From an uncultured Bacilli bacterium (lineage in GTDB: Bacteria > Bacillota_I > Bacilli_A > RF39 > UBA660): DNA of 44,151 nt. The stretch is from the NCBI GenBank assembly GCA_944332465.1, contig CALVJZ010000002.1, forward strand, positions 1 to 44,151, read 5' to 3'. The number at the start of each line of letters is the position of its first letter. Within the stretch, counting starts at the first letter, position 1. Positions 35,456 to 44,151 of the stretch are shown here, piece after piece. The notes under the pieces were generated by a model that worked only from the letters and a program-made list of their open reading frames with translations, made no database searches and had not been told where the DNA came from. The position numbers and the translations under genes were made by a program.

Positions 35456-36916
35456 ATGAAATATTTAGATAAAACAATTGAAGAAATTCATAATGCTTTA
35501 AAGACAAAAGAAATAAAACCAATAGATTTAGTAGAAGAAGCTTTCGAAAGAATTGAAAAAAATAAAGATTTAAATGCTTATATTACTTTAAATAAAGAAG
35601 AAGCTTTGAAAAAAGCAAAAAGTCTAGAAGAAAAAGAAGTAGGAGATAACTTATTATTTGGTTTACCTATTGCGGTAAAAGATAATATTGTAACTAAAGA
35701 TTTAAAAACAACATGTGCCTCTCATATCTTAGATAATTTTATTCCTATTTATAATGCTACAGTTGTAGAAAAATTAGAGCAAAACGATATGATTATCATT
35801 GGTAAAACAAATATGGATGAATTTGCCATGGGATCAAGTAGCAGAACTAGTTACTTTGGTGCCCCTAAAAATCCTTGGAATAAAGAAAAAATATCAGGTG
35901 GATCATCAGGTGGAAGTGCAACTACAATTGCTGCCCGTGATGTTTTATTTGCTTTAGGTACAGATACTGGAGGATCAATTCGTCAACCAGCAAGCTATAC
36001 AGGAATTGTCGGAATGAAACCAACTTATGGTAGAGTTTCACGTTATGGTTTAATTGCCTTCGCTTCAAGCTTAGATCAAATTGGTCCCATGACTAGAAAT
36101 GTTTATGAAAATGCCTTACTTTTAAATGCTATTGTAGGTCACGATGATAAAGACTTAACTTCTGCTAATAAAGAAAAAGAAGACTTCACAAGATTAATAA
36201 ATAAAGATATTTCTGGTATGAAAATAGCTCTTCCAAGTTACTTTATGAGTGATATCGTAACAGAAGAAATTAGAAATGAAGTCGAAAAAGCTAAAAAAGT
36301 CTTAGAAGAAAATGGAGCAACAGTAGATATTATAGATATGAAATACTTAGATAAAGCAGTAACCTTATATCAAATTATTGCCATGGGTGAAGCTTCTTCT
36401 AATTTAGCGAGATTTGATGGAATACGTTATGGCTTTTCTGTTGAAAATCCTAAAAATATAGATGACTTATATTTAGAAACACGTAAAATAGGCTTTGGAA
36501 AAGAAGTAAAAAGAAGAATTATGGTAGGTTCTTACTTATTAAGTGGAGAAAACGCCAAAATTTATTATAATAAAGCTCTATCTATTCGTGATGATATGAA
36601 AAAGGAATTTGATAAAGTGTTTGCTGATTATGATTTAATTATTGGTCCAACTACCACTACAACAGCATACAACTTAACAGATCCAATGGATGACCCATCT
36701 AAGAGTTTTATGGATGATGTCTTAGTAATACCTGTTAATATGGCAGGTCTTCCAGGATTATCTCTTCCAATAGGATTTGGTAAATCTCATATGCCAATTG
36801 GTCTACATATTATTGGAAATAGTTTTGAAGAAGCTAAGATTTATCAACTAGCAAGTTTTCTTGAAAAAGAATTAAACTTAGATTTAGATAGTAGAAAGGG
36901 TGATAACAATGTCTAA
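35456..36916 (+). CDS. gatA: Asp/Glu-tRNA(Asn/Gln) amidotransferase subunit A
   Basis: Amidase signature GGSSGGSA...GTDTGGSIRQPA. ATG 35456 follows a GAGGGGG SD. The track start 35435 overlaps gatC. Confidence 0.95.
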   Translation: MKYLDKTIEEIHNALKTKEIKPIDLVEEAFERIEKNKDLNAYITLNKEEALKKAKSLEEKEVGDNLLFGLPIAVKDNIVTKDLKTTCASHILDNFIPIYNATVVEKLEQNDMIIIGKTNMDEFAMGSSSRTSYFGAPKNPWNKEKISGGSSGGSATTIAARDVLFALGTDTGGSIRQPASYTGIVGMKPTYGRVSRYGLIAFASSLDQIGPMTRNVYENALLLNAIVGHDDKDLTSANKEKEDFTRLINKDISGMKIALPSYFMSDIVTEEIRNEVEKAKKVLEENGATVDIIDMKYLDKAVTLYQIIAMGEASSNLARFDGIRYGFSVENPKNIDDLYLETRKIGFGKEVKRRIMVGSYLLSGENAKIYYNKALSIRDDMKKEFDKVFADYDLIIGPTTTTTAYNLTDPMDDPSKSFMDDVLVIPVNMAGLPGLSLPIGFGKSHMPIGLHIIGNSFEEAKIYQLASFLEKELNLDLDSRKGDNNV

Positions 36917-38333
36917 TTATATTCCCACAATAGGAATCGAAGTACACTGTGAACTAAAAACAAATACTAAAATATTTTCTAATAGTGTAAATGGCTATGG
37001 ACAAATGGCTAATTCCCTAACTAATGTTATTGATTTAGGTTATCCCGGAACTCTTCCAACTCTAAATCAAGAAGTTCTAAATCTAGCAATCAAAGCAGCT
37101 TTAATCCTTAATTGTAAAATAAGAAGACAAATGCATTTTGACAGAAAAAACTATTTTTATCCTGATAATCCTAAAAACTATCAAATAACTCAAGCAGAAA
37201 CTCCAATAGGATATGATGGTTATGTAGAAATAACTGTAAATGGTAAAAAGAAAAAAATAGAAATTGAAGAAATGCACATTGAAGAAGATACTTGTAAAAG
37301 TACACATAGAGGTGAAAAAACACTTTTAGATTTTAATCGTGCTGGAGTTCCTCTAATAGAAATAGTTACTAAACCATGTATGGAAAGTGGCGAAGAAGCA
37401 AAATTATATCTAGAAAAGTTAAAAGAATTATTATTCTACAGTGATGTATCTGATTGTAAAATGGAAGAAGGTTCCATGAGAGCAGATGCTAATGTATCTA
37501 TTAGAAAAAATATAGATGATGAATATGGAACTAAAGCTGAAATAAAAAATATCGGTTCTATATCAAACGTTAAACTAAGTATTGAAAAAGAAATAGAACG
37601 TCAAAGTAAAATTTATGATAATGGTGAGACATTTCTCCCACAAACAAGACGTTTTGATGACAAACTAAATGACACAGTTTTAATGCGTGTTAAAGAAACT
37701 GGTAATGATTACCGTTATTTTCCAGAACCAGATATTCCATATGTCATCCTAACTGATGAACAAATAGCTGAGGTTAGAAAAACAATACCAATGCTACCAG
37801 ATGAAAGAAGAGAAAAATATTTAAGTCTTGGTATAAATGAAAAAATTACCGAAAAACTAGTTGGAAACCGTAGTTTAAGTGACTATTTAAATAACCTATT
37901 AGATAAAAAACTAGATTTTAAGACAGCTGCAAACCTTTTATTAGGTGATATTTCATTCTACTTAAATAAAAACGAATTAGAAATAACTGATACTAAATTA
38001 ACACCAACTAGATTTATCGAATTAGTAGATAATATGAGTAATAAAACTCTAACTAGTAAAAACCTAAAAGATATTTTAGATACTATTATGGAAAGTGATA
38101 AAACCATAAAAGAAATTGTAAAAGAAACAGGAATTGAAAATATTACTGATGATAACGCTATTAAAGAAATTGTTCAAAAAGTAATAAGTGAAAATCCAGA
38201 TAGTGTTACTGATTATAAAGCTGGAAAAGATCGTGCTATTAAGTATTTAATGGGTCAAGTAATGAAGGAAAGTAAGGGTAGTGCTAACCCTGCTATGGCA
38301 ATGGATATTTTAAAAGAAGAGTTAAACAAGTAA
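36909..38333 (+). CDS. gatB: Asp/Glu-tRNA(Asn/Gln) amidotransferase subunit B
   Basis: IGIEVHCELKT N-terminus, a YFYPDxP motif, and a GatB/YqeY C-terminal domain. ATG 36909 overlaps the end of gatA by 8 nt. Confidence 0.95.
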   Translation: MSNYIPTIGIEVHCELKTNTKIFSNSVNGYGQMANSLTNVIDLGYPGTLPTLNQEVLNLAIKAALILNCKIRRQMHFDRKNYFYPDNPKNYQITQAETPIGYDGYVEITVNGKKKKIEIEEMHIEEDTCKSTHRGEKTLLDFNRAGVPLIEIVTKPCMESGEEAKLYLEKLKELLFYSDVSDCKMEEGSMRADANVSIRKNIDDEYGTKAEIKNIGSISNVKLSIEKEIERQSKIYDNGETFLPQTRRFDDKLNDTVLMRVKETGNDYRYFPEPDIPYVILTDEQIAEVRKTIPMLPDERREKYLSLGINEKITEKLVGNRSLSDYLNNLLDKKLDFKTAANLLLGDISFYLNKNELEITDTKLTPTRFIELVDNMSNKTLTSKNLKDILDTIMESDKTIKEIVKETGIENITDDNAIKEIVQKVISENPDSVTDYKAGKDRAIKYLMGQVMKESKGSANPAMAMDILKEELNK

Positions 38334-38362
38334 TTGAAAAAGCAATATACATAGTGTATAAT
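38334..38362 (+). promoter_or_regulatory. Sigma-A promoter immediately after the gatB stop
   Basis: TTGAAA (38334-38339), 17-nt spacer, TATAAT (38357-38362). Confidence 0.6.
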
Positions 38363-38387
38363 TAAAATACTAGGGATGTGATGATAA

Positions 38388-38849
38388 ATGAGTTTTATAA
38401 GAAAAAACAAATTTGTAATAGTAGCTATAGGAGTATTCCTAATATTAGTAATTTTAGCATTTAGATTATTCTCAATGTTTGCTCCATCTGAAGGAAAAGC
38501 ATTATATGGAGATAGACTAAAAGGAATAGAAGAAGTAGAATTAAATAATAAAAAACTATTGAATATTGAAGATACATTAAAAGAAGATAGTGCTGTAAAA
38601 GAAGCAACAGCTAGTGTGGAAGGTAAAATTGTTGAAGTAATTATTACTGTAAAAGACGAAATATCTACTGATACTGCTAAAAGTCTTAGTAACAAAGTAT
38701 TAGATACTTTAACTACTAAAGAAAAGAAATTTTATGACATTCAAGTTTTCGTAACAAAAGACAAAGAAACAAAAGACTTTCCAATAATTGGATATAAACA
38801 TCATGCTAATGAAAAATTTTCATGGACTAAAGATAGAGGGGCTGAATAA
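38388..38849 (+). CDS. Hypothetical membrane-anchored protein
   Basis: N-terminal TM helix plus a roughly 120-aa extracytoplasmic domain. TAATG coupling to the next gene. Confidence 0.55.
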   Translation: MSFIRKNKFVIVAIGVFLILVILAFRLFSMFAPSEGKALYGDRLKGIEEVELNNKKLLNIEDTLKEDSAVKEATASVEGKIVEVIITVKDEISTDTAKSLSNKVLDTLTTKEKKFYDIQVFVTKDKETKDFPIIGYKHHANEKFSWTKDRGAE

Positions 38850-40888
38850 TGAAAAAGAAATATATTATTGCCTTAATCTTAATAATTGCGATTGTTACTT
38901 TTATCTTTGTTTATCGCTATTATAACAAAGAAGATGCGACTACAACTTTAACAGTAAGAGAAAAAAGCTGGGTCCAAGATCATGCTGATGAAGCATACGA
39001 TTTTGAAGTAATTAATGATTATCCATTATATGGAGAAAATGGTAATGGAGTTATCTTCAGTTTCTTAGATGACTTTGAAGAAAACGTAGGACTAGAACTA
39101 AATAGAATACCTTACTTAAAAGAATCAACAACTAAAACAGATAGTTTTAGAATCCGTATTTTAGATAATAATAAAAAATTAACAAAAAAAGATTTACCAT
39201 TATTTGATGATAACTATGTAGCTGTCGGTAAAACATATCAAAGAATTAATAATATTGAAGACTTTAAAAATGTCACATTTGGTGTTTTTAAAGACGATTC
39301 TACAGAAATTAGTTATTACTTAAAAAGTGGTAACAACTTATCATTTAAAACTTATGATGATATTGAAGACTTATATAAAGCATTAGATGATGATGAAGTA
39401 GATATGGTAATAGTTCCTAATATTATGTATTTAAACTATACCATTGATAATGATAAATATTCTATTAACTATTTCTTTACAGAAATGCAAAAACAAATAG
39501 TTTTAACTCTAACTAAAGATAACGATGAATTAAATAAAATAATGACTAAATACTATAATAAATGGCGTCAAACAAAATATGTAAAAGAATATAATGATGC
39601 TTATTTAGAATACTATCTAGATGAAAATGACTTAGATGCTAAAACAAAAGCAGAGTTAATATCTAAAAACTATACCTATGGATATGTTGAAAATCCTCCA
39701 TATGAAGAAATGGTAAATGGAAAAGTAGCTGGTATAGCTGGAGAATATGTTGATAGAGTAGCAAGACTATCAGGAATTAACTTTAAATATAAAAAATATG
39801 ATAGTGTAGCTGACCTAAAAAAAGCTATAGATAAAGGTGAAATAGATTTATATTTTGACTATTATAACTACAACAATAATAAATATAAATCAACACTTTC
39901 TACTTTTATAGAACAATATGTAGTTTTAGGAAATGAAGAAGATAATCATATTGTTACATCTTTTGAAAGTATGAAAGATGAAGATATCGCTATGTTAGAA
40001 AATGATTCACTATATAATTATTTTTCAAACAATGCTAGAGCTCATATCAAGACATATGAAAATATTGAAGACTTAGTAAAAGAAAGTGATACAAGACTAA
40101 TTGTAGTTGATAGAGAAATCTATACTTATTATCAAAATGATGTTTTTAAGAAATTAAAACTATTGTATACAGATACTATGATGAATGATTATAAATTTAT
40201 GGTTAAGAATAATAATGATGCATTCTATGATCTATTTAACTACATCATTAATACTAATTCTTACTATAATTATAGAAATAGTGGTATTACCAACTTACAT
40301 GCATCAATTCTAGAAAATTCAACATTAGAACAAGTATATACTATCGTTTTAACAATTGTTTTAGTACCAGTAATTATTCTATTACTAGGATATATAATCA
40401 TTAAAAAGAAAAATCAAATTAAAAAAGTAAAAGCTAGTGATAGACATAAATACACAGATATGTTAACATCACTAAAAAATAGAAATTACCTAAACGCTAA
40501 AATGCCTGAATGGGAAGAGTCTAAAGTATTCCCTCAAGCAATTGTTATGGTTGATTTAAATAATGTTAAATATATTAATGATAATTATGGTCACGAAGAA
40601 GGAGACGACCTAATTATTAAAGCAGCTGGTGTATTAGTAAATACCCAACTTGAAAATAGTGAAATTATTCGTACAGATGGTAATGAATTCTTAATTTATT
40701 TAGTGGGATATAGTGAAAGACAAGTATCTACCTATGTTAAAAAACTAAGTAAGGAAATGAAAAACTTACCTCATGAATTTGGAGCAGCTATTGGATATAG
40801 TATGATTACAGATGAAATCAAAACACTAGATGATGCAATAAATGAAGCAACACTAGAAATGATTACAGCTAAAGAAGAAATGAAGTAA
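38849..40888 (+). CDS. Membrane sensor: two extracytoplasmic solute-binding-like (PBPb) domains, a TM helix, and a degenerate GGDEF domain
   Basis: N-terminal TM, about 470 aa extracytoplasmic (YGYVENPPYE..., AGIAGEY), TM at aa 497-518. The cytoplasmic domain has DMLTSLKNRNYL and NDNYGHEEGD, with DGNEF in place of GGDEF. Confidence 0.8.
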   Translation: MKKKYIIALILIIAIVTFIFVYRYYNKEDATTTLTVREKSWVQDHADEAYDFEVINDYPLYGENGNGVIFSFLDDFEENVGLELNRIPYLKESTTKTDSFRIRILDNNKKLTKKDLPLFDDNYVAVGKTYQRINNIEDFKNVTFGVFKDDSTEISYYLKSGNNLSFKTYDDIEDLYKALDDDEVDMVIVPNIMYLNYTIDNDKYSINYFFTEMQKQIVLTLTKDNDELNKIMTKYYNKWRQTKYVKEYNDAYLEYYLDENDLDAKTKAELISKNYTYGYVENPPYEEMVNGKVAGIAGEYVDRVARLSGINFKYKKYDSVADLKKAIDKGEIDLYFDYYNYNNNKYKSTLSTFIEQYVVLGNEEDNHIVTSFESMKDEDIAMLENDSLYNYFSNNARAHIKTYENIEDLVKESDTRLIVVDREIYTYYQNDVFKKLKLLYTDTMMNDYKFMVKNNNDAFYDLFNYIINTNSYYNYRNSGITNLHASILENSTLEQVYTIVLTIVLVPVIILLLGYIIIKKKNQIKKVKASDRHKYTDMLTSLKNRNYLNAKMPEWEESKVFPQAIVMVDLNNVKYINDNYGHEEGDDLIIKAAGVLVNTQLENSEIIRTDGNEFLIYLVGYSERQVSTYVKKLSKEMKNLPHEFGAAIGYSMITDEIKTLDDAINEATLEMITAKEEMK

Positions 40889-40902
40889 AAGGGATGATAA
40901 AA

Positions 40903-41790
40903 ATGGAGCGAGTTACAGGATTTTTTAAAAAAGTCATTTCAATAATTACGAGACCTGAAATGAGAATCCTTCCTGGACAACTCGCTTTTTTCTTTGTCTT
41001 ATCAATTATTCCTTTAATAGCTTTAATTGGAGCAATAGCTTCACGTATTTCTATACCTACTGAAGCCTTAGAGCAATATTTATTATCTGCTTTACCAGGA
41101 ACAGTTGCCGATTTATTTGCCAATGCTATTACAAGAGATAGTATGAATTTTAATATTTTAATATTTTTCTTTTCAGCTTTCCTTTTAGCTTCAAATGGTA
41201 CACACTCGATGATTATTACTTCAAATGAGATATATAAAATAAAATCTGATGACATGATAAAAAGAAGACTAAAAGCAATTGGAATGACCTTTATTTTAGT
41301 AGGAATATTCTTATTCTTAATTTTAGTACCCGTATGTGGAGATACAATATTTGATATAATTAAAGAAACATCAACAAATGAAGGCGTAATAAACTTTATT
41401 TATGGAATTTATCAAATAGTTAAATACCCAATTACATTAATAGTAATTTACTTAAATATTAAACTATTATATATTCTAGCTCCAGATAAGAAAATAAGAA
41501 GTAAAACAACAACAAAAGGAGCACTATTCACAACAATAAGTTGGATACTAGCAACAGAAATATATACTTTCTATATTGGAACATTCTCAAAATATGATGT
41601 TTTTTATGGAAGTATTTCTAATATTGTCATTCTCTTATTATGGATTTATATCTTATCTTATATATTTGTGTTAGGAATGGCTATAAATGCTGGAAATACT
41701 ACTGAAAATGATATAGAAAGAACAGGTATGTTACTAACTAAAACTAGTCGTATTGAATTAGAAGATTTAAAAAAAGAACTACATAAATAA
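40903..41790 (+). CDS. YihY/BrkB-family membrane protein
   Basis: LPGQLAFFFVLSIIPL motif and about 6 TM helices. Start is ATG 40903 or 40894. Confidence 0.75.
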   Translation: MERVTGFFKKVISIITRPEMRILPGQLAFFFVLSIIPLIALIGAIASRISIPTEALEQYLLSALPGTVADLFANAITRDSMNFNILIFFFSAFLLASNGTHSMIITSNEIYKIKSDDMIKRRLKAIGMTFILVGIFLFLILVPVCGDTIFDIIKETSTNEGVINFIYGIYQIVKYPITLIVIYLNIKLLYILAPDKKIRSKTTTKGALFTTISWILATEIYTFYIGTFSKYDVFYGSISNIVILLLWIYILSYIFVLGMAINAGNTTENDIERTGMLLTKTSRIELEDLKKELHK

Positions 41791-41802
41791 TGTGGTTTTT
41801 TT
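41779..41802 (+). terminator. Weak terminator after the yihY-like gene
   Basis: CTACAT (41779-41784) pairs with ATGTGG (41790-41795) with one G-U pair, then T7. Confidence 0.45.
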
Positions 41803-41824
41803 CTTGAAAATAAAAGTCAAGGAA

Positions 41825-41853
41825 TTGAAAAAGGTATATAATAATGCTATAAT
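41825..41853 (+). promoter_or_regulatory. Consensus-like sigma-A promoter of ltaS
   Basis: TTGAAA (41825-41830), 17-nt spacer, TATAAT (41848-41853), with TG at 41845-41846. Confidence 0.7.
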
Positions 41854-41899
41854 AGTATAAGCAAAGTTGAAGAGATTGAGAATAAAAGCGAGGTTTCTT

Positions 41900-43990
41900 A
41901 TGAAGAATATAAAAAATAGTATTAATAGATTTTTAAAATCTTTAAAAAAGAATTTAAAAAAAGTAAAAGAAGAACATTTAATTCGTGATTACATGAAAAA
42001 TAATGTTTTATTTTTAGTGTTTGTAATTACGACAGTTGTAAACTCTACAATGTTAAGATTTTTCTGTATCAATTCAACAGATAACTATCTAGCAATAGCT
42101 CCTATTATTGCCGATCTTGCATTAGTAACAATAATAGGGGGATTAGGTTATTTACTAAAACCTAAAAATAGATTTGCTTATTATTTAACATTTAGTATCA
42201 TTTTAACAGCTATATGTATTATAAATTCAATCTATTATACATATTACACATCGTTTGCATCTGTTTCAATGTTATCACTAACACAATATGTGGGAGATGT
42301 AGGAGATGCTGTTGTAGAACAAGTAATACAATTTAGAGACTTTCTATATTTATTAAGTCCAATTCTATTAATAGTAATTAATTATCGATTAAAAAAGAAA
42401 AATATTCATAAAAAGATAGAAGTAAAATCTGATAGAAAAAGAAAAACAATTAAAACAGTTGCTGTTGGGGTAGTATTCGCAATTATCTTTGTTTTAACAT
42501 TAACACCAACTGATATGTCTCGTTTAGTAAAACAATGGAATCGTGAATATATTGTTATGAAATATGGTATTTATATATATCAAGCAAATGACTTAGTTGC
42601 TTCAATCCAACCAAAGATTAATTCTTTATTTGGATATGACCAAGCTAAGAAAAATTTTAAAGATTATTTTAAAACTGTAGAAAAGCATGAAGATAATGAA
42701 TATACTAATATATTTGAAGGTAAAAATGTCATTACTATTCATGGTGAAAGTTTACAAACAAACTTGATGAGTTTAGAATTTAATGGTCAAGAAGTAACAC
42801 CAAATTTAAATAAATTAGCTGACGAAGGAATGTTCTTCTCAAACTTCTATTCACCTGTAAGCGTTGGAACTAGTAGTGATGCTGAATTAATGTTCAACAC
42901 ATCTTTATTACCAACTAAGAGTGGAACAGCTTTTGTATCATATTCTAATAGAACATATTATGGTATACCAAAATTACTTGCTGACAAAGGTTATTATACA
43001 TTTAGTATGCATGGAAATAATGCTGACTTCTGGAATAGACGTAATATGCACGAAAGTCTAGGGTATGATAGATTCTATAATAAAGTAGATTATAATGTAA
43101 CTGAAGAAAATACAATTGGTCTAGGAATAAGTGATAAAGCTTTCTTTGAACAATCAGTAAATAAACTTGTAAAAATTAATAAAAAACATGATAAATGGTA
43201 TGGAATGCTAATGATGTTATCAAACCATACACCATTTGCTGAAACAGATAAGTATGGAGAATTTCCAGTTGATATGAAAGAAACAGTAACTAATCCAGAT
43301 GGTTCAACTGAAGAAGTATCTCATCCATATATGGAAGGAACTAAATTAGGAAATTACTTTAAATCAGCTCATTATGCCGATTCAGCAATTGGAGAACTAA
43401 TTAATAGATTAGATGAAGAAGGACTATTAGACAATACTATTATTGTTATTTATGGAGACCATGATGCAAAACTTCCAAGAGCAGACTACAATCGTTTATA
43501 TAATTATGATAAAGAAACAGACTCTATATTAGATGAAAAAGATCCAAATTACAAAGAATATGATTCATATCAATATGAACTAGGTAGAAAAGTTCCTCTA
43601 ATTATCTGGAGTAAAGATATGAAAGGAACTAAACTAAATAAAGAATACAAAAATGTTATGAGTATGTATGATGTAGAACCAACATTAGGAAATATGTTAG
43701 GATTTGAAAATGAATATGCTTTAGGTCATGATATCTTTGATATAAAAGATCAAAACATCGTCGTATTCCCTAATGGAAATTGGTTAACAAACGATATTTA
43801 CTATAATAGTCAAAAAGAAGAATATTTATCTTTAACTGAAAAACCAGTTACTGAAGAAGAAATAAAGAAAAATAATGAATATGCTAGTAAACTATTAGAT
43901 GTTTCTAATGACATAATTGTCTTTGATTTATTAAAGAAAGATCAAACTGATGAAAATAGAGTAATAGAAAATCAAGAGAAAGGGGCATAA
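41900..43990 (+). CDS. ltaS: Lipoteichoic acid synthase family protein (LtaS-type, 5 TM helices plus sulfatase domain)
   Basis: NVITIHGESLQ, VGTSSDAE (nucleophile Thr region), LSNHTPF and YGDHDA. ATG 41900 lies 6 nt after GAGG. The track start TTG 41867 is only about 14 nt after the -10 box. Confidence 0.85.
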   Translation: MKNIKNSINRFLKSLKKNLKKVKEEHLIRDYMKNNVLFLVFVITTVVNSTMLRFFCINSTDNYLAIAPIIADLALVTIIGGLGYLLKPKNRFAYYLTFSIILTAICIINSIYYTYYTSFASVSMLSLTQYVGDVGDAVVEQVIQFRDFLYLLSPILLIVINYRLKKKNIHKKIEVKSDRKRKTIKTVAVGVVFAIIFVLTLTPTDMSRLVKQWNREYIVMKYGIYIYQANDLVASIQPKINSLFGYDQAKKNFKDYFKTVEKHEDNEYTNIFEGKNVITIHGESLQTNLMSLEFNGQEVTPNLNKLADEGMFFSNFYSPVSVGTSSDAELMFNTSLLPTKSGTAFVSYSNRTYYGIPKLLADKGYYTFSMHGNNADFWNRRNMHESLGYDRFYNKVDYNVTEENTIGLGISDKAFFEQSVNKLVKINKKHDKWYGMLMMLSNHTPFAETDKYGEFPVDMKETVTNPDGSTEEVSHPYMEGTKLGNYFKSAHYADSAIGELINRLDEEGLLDNTIIVIYGDHDAKLPRADYNRLYNYDKETDSILDEKDPNYKEYDSYQYELGRKVPLIIWSKDMKGTKLNKEYKNVMSMYDVEPTLGNMLGFENEYALGHDIFDIKDQNIVVFPNGNWLTNDIYYNSQKEEYLSLTEKPVTEEEIKKNNEYASKLLDVSNDIIVFDLLKKDQTDENRVIENQEKGA

Positions 43991-43992
43991 CT

Positions 43993-44151
43993 ATGAAGTT
44001 AAAAAAGAAACCAAAAAGAATTTTAATTGGTATATTAGTTGTTGTTGCTGTCGCAGCCATAGCTTATGTAGCGATAAATACCTTTGGAGGAAAAGAAGTA
44101 AAAGAAGCTAAAGTATTAAAAACTATTAAAAAATACGGATACACTCTAAAA
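43993..44151 (+). CDS. Hypothetical membrane-anchored protein (5' partial, runs off the window)
   Basis: ATG 43993 lies 2 nt after the ltaS stop. Basic N-terminus plus a TM helix (ILIGILVVVAVAAIAYV). The frame stays open to the window end. Confidence 0.5.
   Translation, partial: MKLKKKPKRILIGILVVVAVAAIAYVAINTFGGKEVKEAKVLKTIKKYGYTLK

Overview
Low-GC Firmicutes-type chromosomal segment, about 41 genes, all on the + strand. I see no rRNA, tRNA, CRISPR array, transposase or integrase. Most transcription units have a TGnTATAAT extended -10 promoter with a short leader and end in a clear hairpin plus T-run terminator. The housekeeping backbone has Bacillus-like synteny: tldD-pmbA, tsaE-tsaB-rimI-tsaD, pcrA ... 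ligA ... gatCAB, and ltaS. Accessory or unusual loci worth follow-up: (1) a fucO-like alcohol dehydrogenase / stand-alone FIST protein / aldehyde dehydrogenase operon. (2) An envelope cluster with an 870-aa LtaS-family protein whose membrane module is internally duplicated, plus an acyltransferase-3 and a possible SGNH-like protein. (3) A phosphodiesterase followed by an intact NUDIX ORF with no canonical start codon (ATAA where an ATGA overlap is expected). (4) A three-gene surface module: a thioester-domain (TQxA) adhesin with a VPNTN sorting signal instead of LPxTG, a sortase whose conserved Arg position is Gln, and a polytopic membrane protein with a P/K/E-rich tail. (5) A sensor with a degenerate DGNEF GGDEF domain. 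All family calls rest on motifs read by eye; no HMM or BLAST search was possible. Taxonomy is an inference.
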